Shown here: one piece after another, positions 60,770 through 64,000 of the stretch
How the letters are laid out: every line of letters begins with the position of its first letter
How positions within the stretch are numbered: the stretch's first letter is position 1
DNA from: Squalus acanthias
Lineage: Eukaryota
Assembly: GCA_030390025.1 (NCBI GenBank)
Contig: CM059433.1
Span: 31,622,001 to 31,686,000 of the forward strand
Length of the DNA stretch: 64,000 nt
Direction of reading: 5' to 3'
Program-made: the position numbers and the translations under genes
The notes under the pieces: generated by a model
What the model saw: only the letters and a program-made list of their open reading frames with translations
Database searches by the model: none
What the model was told of the DNA's origin: nothing

Positions 60770-63700
60770 GCAGTGGTCGGCGAAGCCAATAGAATGTTGT
60801 ACAACCTAACGTCAGAGAAAGCCATGAACCAACGATACTGTGCTCTGCTCAGATTGTACCTTGAAAAAGGTGTTTAGTTCTGGTCGCTAAGAAACAGGGA
60901 AGGAGTTTCAGTATTGGAGGCAGTACAGAGAAGAGCCAGCAGATCCCTAGTGTATGGGGACCGAGTTCTGAGGAAAGACGGGAGAGACTCAAGCATTTCA
61001 CCCTGGAAATGAGGCAACTGAGAGGTGATCTTACAATAATACATTAGATAGTTAAGGGAAGGGGACATTTTAATCCAGAATATCACTTTAAGTTAAAATG
61101 TGAGAGCTGGATAAAGGAACATGGGTTCCAACTAATAAAAGATAAATTTAGGACTGATATTATGAACTTTAAATTTTGCATAAAGAGTGATCAATCACTT
61201 GGAATAGACTCCTGATACAGTATTGGAGGTGAAAAACATAATTACATCACAGCACTGCATTTAGTTTCCCATTAGACATAATGAGAAACGTTTGTGTCAC
61301 AATAGATGTTAGAATCATGGGGGGGAGAAATTCAGTATCGCCCCATTTGGGGCGCAATTATCGGCCGGGCGCAAAGATTAGCGCCTGGCGCTAATTATCG
61401 CCACCGACTGCAAACTTGACTTTTATCGCCCCTGTAGGTGATTGGAGCACTAAATCAGGCGCTTCACACCTGTCTTAAGGCGCAAAGGCCGAGGAGCGAG
61501 GCGCTACCTCAGAGCGCTGGCGAAGCTTATGTGATGTCAGTCAGCAATGGAACACACACACAATGGCACGGGCCAGTTCTTAAAGGGGAGGGTTGATCTT
61601 GCTTTCCATCCACATCCTGCTCATTGCAGCCTTGAATCTCGGCCTGGAGAGACCTGCACATCAAATCTGCTGGAAAGAACAATGGAGAGTACCAGGCAAA
61701 GAGCTCAGAGTGCAGCCCCCAAAATCTCTTCTAAATCGATACAAGGAATGGCAAATCAAAATGAACCTGCAAAGTGCTGCTCAGTACCCAAAACTCCTTC
61801 ACACAGCGTTGAATCTCTCCAGAAGTCTCTCTCTCTCTCTCTCAGAATGCATGGTTCAAAAATGGCACCAACAATAAAAGGCAGGAAGCGGTCGCCTTTA
61901 AATAGCGCTCCCCCAGTCCCTTCATGACTGCAAAACGCTCCCCTCAACCTGTCGTTGCTAGCGTCAGGCGGTAAGGCAGGGGGGCGCCACTCAATATCCG
62001 CTCCGGGGCGATACCGGGGCGTTGCGCACTCTACTGACGTCACAACCTACCGGCACAGGAGATCGTGGCGGTAGTGTTTAGCGCCGCCGCAAAATGTCTA
62101 GTTAATTTCACGAGCGGCGCAAACATCGCCGCGCCTGGGCGCTAGATGCTTTGCGCCCCATTAGCGCCCTCTTAAGGCGCTAACGGGAGGCGCAACCAAC
62201 TGAATTTTTCCCCCATGGAATCTTACAACACAAAAGGAGGCCATTTGGCCCATCGTTCCTGTGCCGGCTCTTTAAAAGATCTATCAAGTTAATCCTACAG
62301 CCCCGCTCTTTCCCCATGACACTGTAAATCCTCGCTGCATAAAAACAATTCTCATCTCCACACACCCCCCCCCCCCCCCCCCCCCCGCCGACCCACCCCC
62401 CCACCCCTCCCCCGGTTCTTTTGCCAATTATCCTAAATCTGTGTCCTCTGGTTACCGACCCACTGCCAGTGGAAAGTTTCTCTTCATTTACTCTATCAAA
62501 ACCCCTCATAATTTTGAACACCTCTATTAAATCTCCTCTTAACCTTCTTTGCTCTAAGGAGAACAATTCCAGCTTCTCCAGTCTCTCCACATAACTGAAG
62601 TCCTTCATCCCTAGTACCATTCTGGTAAAACTCCTCTGCACCCTCTCCAAGGCCTTGACATCCTTTCTAAAGTGTGGTCCCCAGAATTGAACATAATACT
62701 CCAGCTGAGGTCTAACCGGTGATTTATAAAGATTTAGCATAACTTCCTTGCTTTTGTACTCTATGCCTCTATTTATAAAGCCAAGGATTCCATATGCTTT
62801 TTTAACAGTCTTTTCAACTTGTCCTGCCTCCTTCAAAGATTTGTTTACGGACATCCCCAGGGGGTCTCTGTTCTTGTACCCCTTTTAAAATTGTACCAGT
62901 TAGTTCAGACTGTCCCTCCTCATTCGTCCTACCAGAATGCACCACTTCACACTTAAAATAAAGGTGTTGGAGCCTGAATAGATAACAGACTGGTCAGCTG
63001 CCCCAGGGCTACCATGAATGAAGGAAGGAAACATTGCTTAAGGGGCTGTTGTGTGAGAAATGAGAAAGAGTCCTGTGTTCGGTCCATGGATGTGTGCGCA
63101 GTAATATCTGTCATGAAAATTAAATTGCTGTAAGCATTTTAAAACTTTTTAAACTGCACATCCAAGTGAAAAAGTTAAATGGCTCCAGGTAGGATCAGAA
63201 GATTATACAGAAAGATTTGTTCAATGCAAAATTAAACAAGAACAGCTGCTAAGAACTGCCATTTCATTATCTAATCTACTGGAAAACCCATTAGCTGCTT
63301 CAAGCTGACGTTTTATTTGAATCCAGCATCACAAATTTTCTTTATAGCAATATTTATAAGTCAGTGAGAAAATCTGATGCAAATTGTTTGCAGAATGAAA
63401 TCAGTGGCAAGGACAAATCAAAGACAAGAGAGGGGGACTTTGAAAGATGTGAGCAAACAAGACAAGAGGTTATAACTATCAGGAAAGATTGAACAGGCTG
63501 GGGCTCTTTTCTCTACAGAAGAGAAGACTGAGAGGTGACCTGATAGAGGTCTTTAAAATTATGAAAGGGTTTGATAGGGTAGACGTAGAGAAGATGTTTC
63601 ACTTGTGGAGGTGTCCAAAACTAGGGGTCAGAAATATAAGATAGTCACTAATAAATCCAATAGGGAATTCAGGAGTAATTTCTTTATTCAGAGAGTGGTT

Positions 63701-63900
63701 AGAATGTGCAACTCACTATAAAAAGGAGTGGTTGACTCAAATAGCATAGATGCATTTAAGGGGAAGCTAGATAAGTATATGAGGAAGAAAGGAATAGAAC
63801 GATACGCTGATAGGGATTAGGTGAAGTAGGATGGACGAGGCTCGTGTGGAGCATAGACCAGTTTGGCCGAATGGCCTGTTTCTGTGCTGTAAATTCAACA
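60770..63900. mobile_element. CR1 fragments: ~60770-61240 (+), 62215-62955 (-), ~63460-63900 (+)
   Basis: RPQLEYYVQFW..RRLRGDLIEVFKIM; poly-C expansion at 62365-62413. Confidence 0.8.
61320..62214 (+). mobile_element. Harbinger-type MITE, copy 5, in a CR1 3' tail
   Basis: Same TIRs, TSD ATG; the empty site would read tagaatcatggaatcttacaac (CR1 tail). Confidence 0.9.
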
Positions 63901-64000
63901 TAATATATGTAATGTAATGTAATGTAATTTAGGATATCACGTGAAGGATACTGTGTGGGCATGCATTTGCACACCACTGCAACCATAATGAGACGTGCAG

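Overview
Eukaryotic, repeat-saturated intronic DNA, very probably from a cartilaginous fish. The evidence is an HE1-type V-SINE, SacSINE1/Deu-type SINEs and dense CR1 LINEs. Only one credible host exon was found: a 194-nt minus-strand exon (31667-31860, phase 1 to 0) encoding tandem EGF/cbEGF repeats. It best fits EYS (eyes shut homolog), so the rest of the window is probably intron. The remainder is a nested mosaic of mobile elements: CR1/L2/RTE LINEs (two near full-length CR1s with zinc-finger plus SGNH-esterase ORF1), a truncated Gypsy element, a solo LTR and several PIF/Harbinger relics with transposase and Myb/SANT remnants. There are also five copies of a young ~890-bp Harbinger-type MITE and six Penelope fragments. 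Five of the Penelope fragments carry minimal hammerhead-ribozyme cores, and one of these forms a near-perfect ~165-bp fold-back. All calls were made by eye, and family names rest on recalled motifs, not database searches.
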